A stretch of 64,000 bases of DNA from Octopus bimaculoides. Lineage: Eukaryota. Where the stretch lies: positions 93,791,252-93,855,251 of the forward strand of contig NC_068982.1 in the NCBI RefSeq assembly GCF_001194135.2, in the 5' to 3' direction. The notes beneath the pieces were generated by a model. The model was not told the origin of the DNA. It searched no databases and was given only the letters and a program-made list of their open reading frames with translations. Each line of letters opens with the position of its first letter. Position 1 is the first letter of the stretch. Shown here in pieces: positions 62,136-64,000 of this stretch. Made by a program: the position numbers and the translations under genes.

Positions 62136-63650
62136 GTATAATAGGAGAGAGAGAGAGAGGTGTGTAAATAGGTACATGTTGGCTGGTGATGAGGGGATTA
62201 GATAGAAACATACCAGAAACAGCTACATTAGGGTTGTTGGTAAAAAGATTAGATAGAAATAGCATGACTAAAAGGGTGGAAAGAAAGAGTAATGGGGAAT
62301 AACAAACACAAGAGAATGATGGAAAAAAATGAGAAGGCAAGTCACAAAAGGGTGCAGAACATGATTCATGAAAATGGGTGAGGAAGTGTATGTGTTTGTT
62401 AGATAGTTACATGATGGTGATAATATGGATGTCAGTCAATGATAGATGAGGGGGTGTAATGGGAGAGAGAAGTGGAGGAAGTGCTTTAAATTCTTGCTAA
62501 GTCTAACATAGCATCAGGTTAGATCCTTGCCACTTTGTGACATATATTTCTATAGCAAGGCTCCTTGACACATTCTCTAACTCTGTTCTTACAATTCAAA
62601 AGAGTGGCTTATGTTTATAAATGGTGTCATAGCATATGCAACCAGAGCACATCATCTTCACTATAAAATGCTGTCAACTGGAAGAGTTTGAAATCTTGCA
62701 ATCTCATTCATTTTTTTTTTTCTGGAAAATGAATCCATGGGCAGATTATTAAAGTCAGGGACATGGATTCATATCTTACAGTGTGTTACTTTTTTTAACT
62801 AAAGGAAAGATTTAAAAAAAATAAAAACAGAAAGCAAGATTTTCCTGTGTATAATTTAGGATTCATTTGGCTACCTGTACTGGGTTGCAACATTATTTAT
62901 TTAAGCCACCCAATTTTTTTTTCTCCATTTTAATATAATTTAAGGCATATCCTCAATTTTACTAATAAAAAAAAATGTAAAGAAAATAAAATATATAAAA
63001 TGTATTTGCAATGAAGTCACAGTCCTTATGTGTATGTGGTCATAAGTTCAAATTTACTGTCCTTTTCCAAAGAATAGATGCCTCTTAATTCAGCTTGTCT
63101 AATGCAACTGACTGCCTTCACTTTAAATTGAAGTTTACAATAGTGTATCACAAAAAATTCCTATGCACATGTAAGTTACAAATAGTGAATGTGTATCTGT
63201 GCTGTATGTAAAGCAGTAAAATATGTTCTTTTTTTAATAGTTTGAGCTGGCTGCTCTCCCAGTTCATACAGTTAACAGATAAAAGTTTGTTACACATTCT
63301 TCTAGCTTTTGTTTAAAATGTATATATATATATATATATATATATTTTCAATACTATTTTGAATGTGTGCCCAACAGAAATTCTATACCCAAACTAGCAT
63401 ATGTGTTAGGGCTAAGTTTTAACAACTGTATTAACAATTACATTATATTGCAGCTCTGCATAGTAGCCTTTACAGTAAAGTTTGTAAGTGGGTAATGATC
63501 CCTTTGATATTTTGTCTAAGGGCTGTCTCGGACGAAATGTCAGAATCTTCTTTTCCCACAACATTGAAACTTATCCAGATTCAGGAACTTCACTCTGTAA
63601 CTTTTGTTAGTTTAGATTACACCACTTAATTTGGACTTGTTATATATATA

Positions 63651-64000
63651 GACTTTAACGGTCATGTCGGACGTCGTGCTGGAGGCTTCCATGGCATACA
63701 TGGAGGCTATGGCTTCGGTTCCCGCAACGAGGAGGGAACCAGACTGCTGGAGTTCTGTGATGCAACCGATCTTATGGTCTGCAATACCAACTTCAGGAAA
63801 CCTGCCAGTCACCTAGTCACCTACCGCTCCGGCAGACACTCTAGCCAAATCGACTACATCCTCGCCAGAAATAGGGAAAGAGGGCGGCTTATAAATGCCA
63901 AAACCTACCCTGGCGAAGAATGTACCCCACAACATAGATTAGTAGTTAGCGACTTTGGGATCAAGGCAAAATGGGTGCCCAGAATTAGACAGGCTTGGAG
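63651..64000 (+). mobile_element. Young 5'-truncated RTE-clade LINE, APE endonuclease region (continues past the window)
   Basis: Stop-free frame DFNGHVGRRAGGFHGIHGGYGFGSRNEEGTRLLEFCDA…TNFRK…TYRSG…SQIDYILAR…ECTPQHRLVVSDF; GC- and CpG-rich; begins after (TA)n. Confidence 0.9.

Overview
This is AT-rich, microsatellite-dense eukaryotic DNA from a gapped draft assembly with 8 N-gaps. The repeat families look like those of an octopod cephalopod (inference, no search run). The window holds the 3' end of one + strand gene for the myosin phosphatase targeting subunit (MYPT / PPP1R12A-B / Mbs family). I read six GT-AG exons: 2537-2640 (RRSTGV ROCK-site motif), 5416-5472, 47966-48124, 48542-48688, 49880-49930 and 58052-58138 (coiled coil and terminal leucine zipper ...RALARVISKLSR*). 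An ATG-initiated Ser/Gly-rich exon (12462-12665) sits inside the large intron behind a TATA/MEF2-like site. It could yield a ~215-aa M20/M21-like small subunit from an internal promoter. The introns contain tRNA-derived SINEs, decayed RTE, CR1 and R4-like LINEs, mariner remnants, TTAA MITEs, and a long-TIR DNA element with an 8-bp TSD. The most unusual structure is a set of fold-back elements carrying hammerhead-ribozyme motifs (33151-33674, 35148-35187, 35794-36082, 44496-44641). One has a Pol III tRNA-like head in the hairpin loop, and the motifs at 35148-36082 show the compensatory U3-A8 core. No prokaryotic features such as CRISPR arrays or operons are present.
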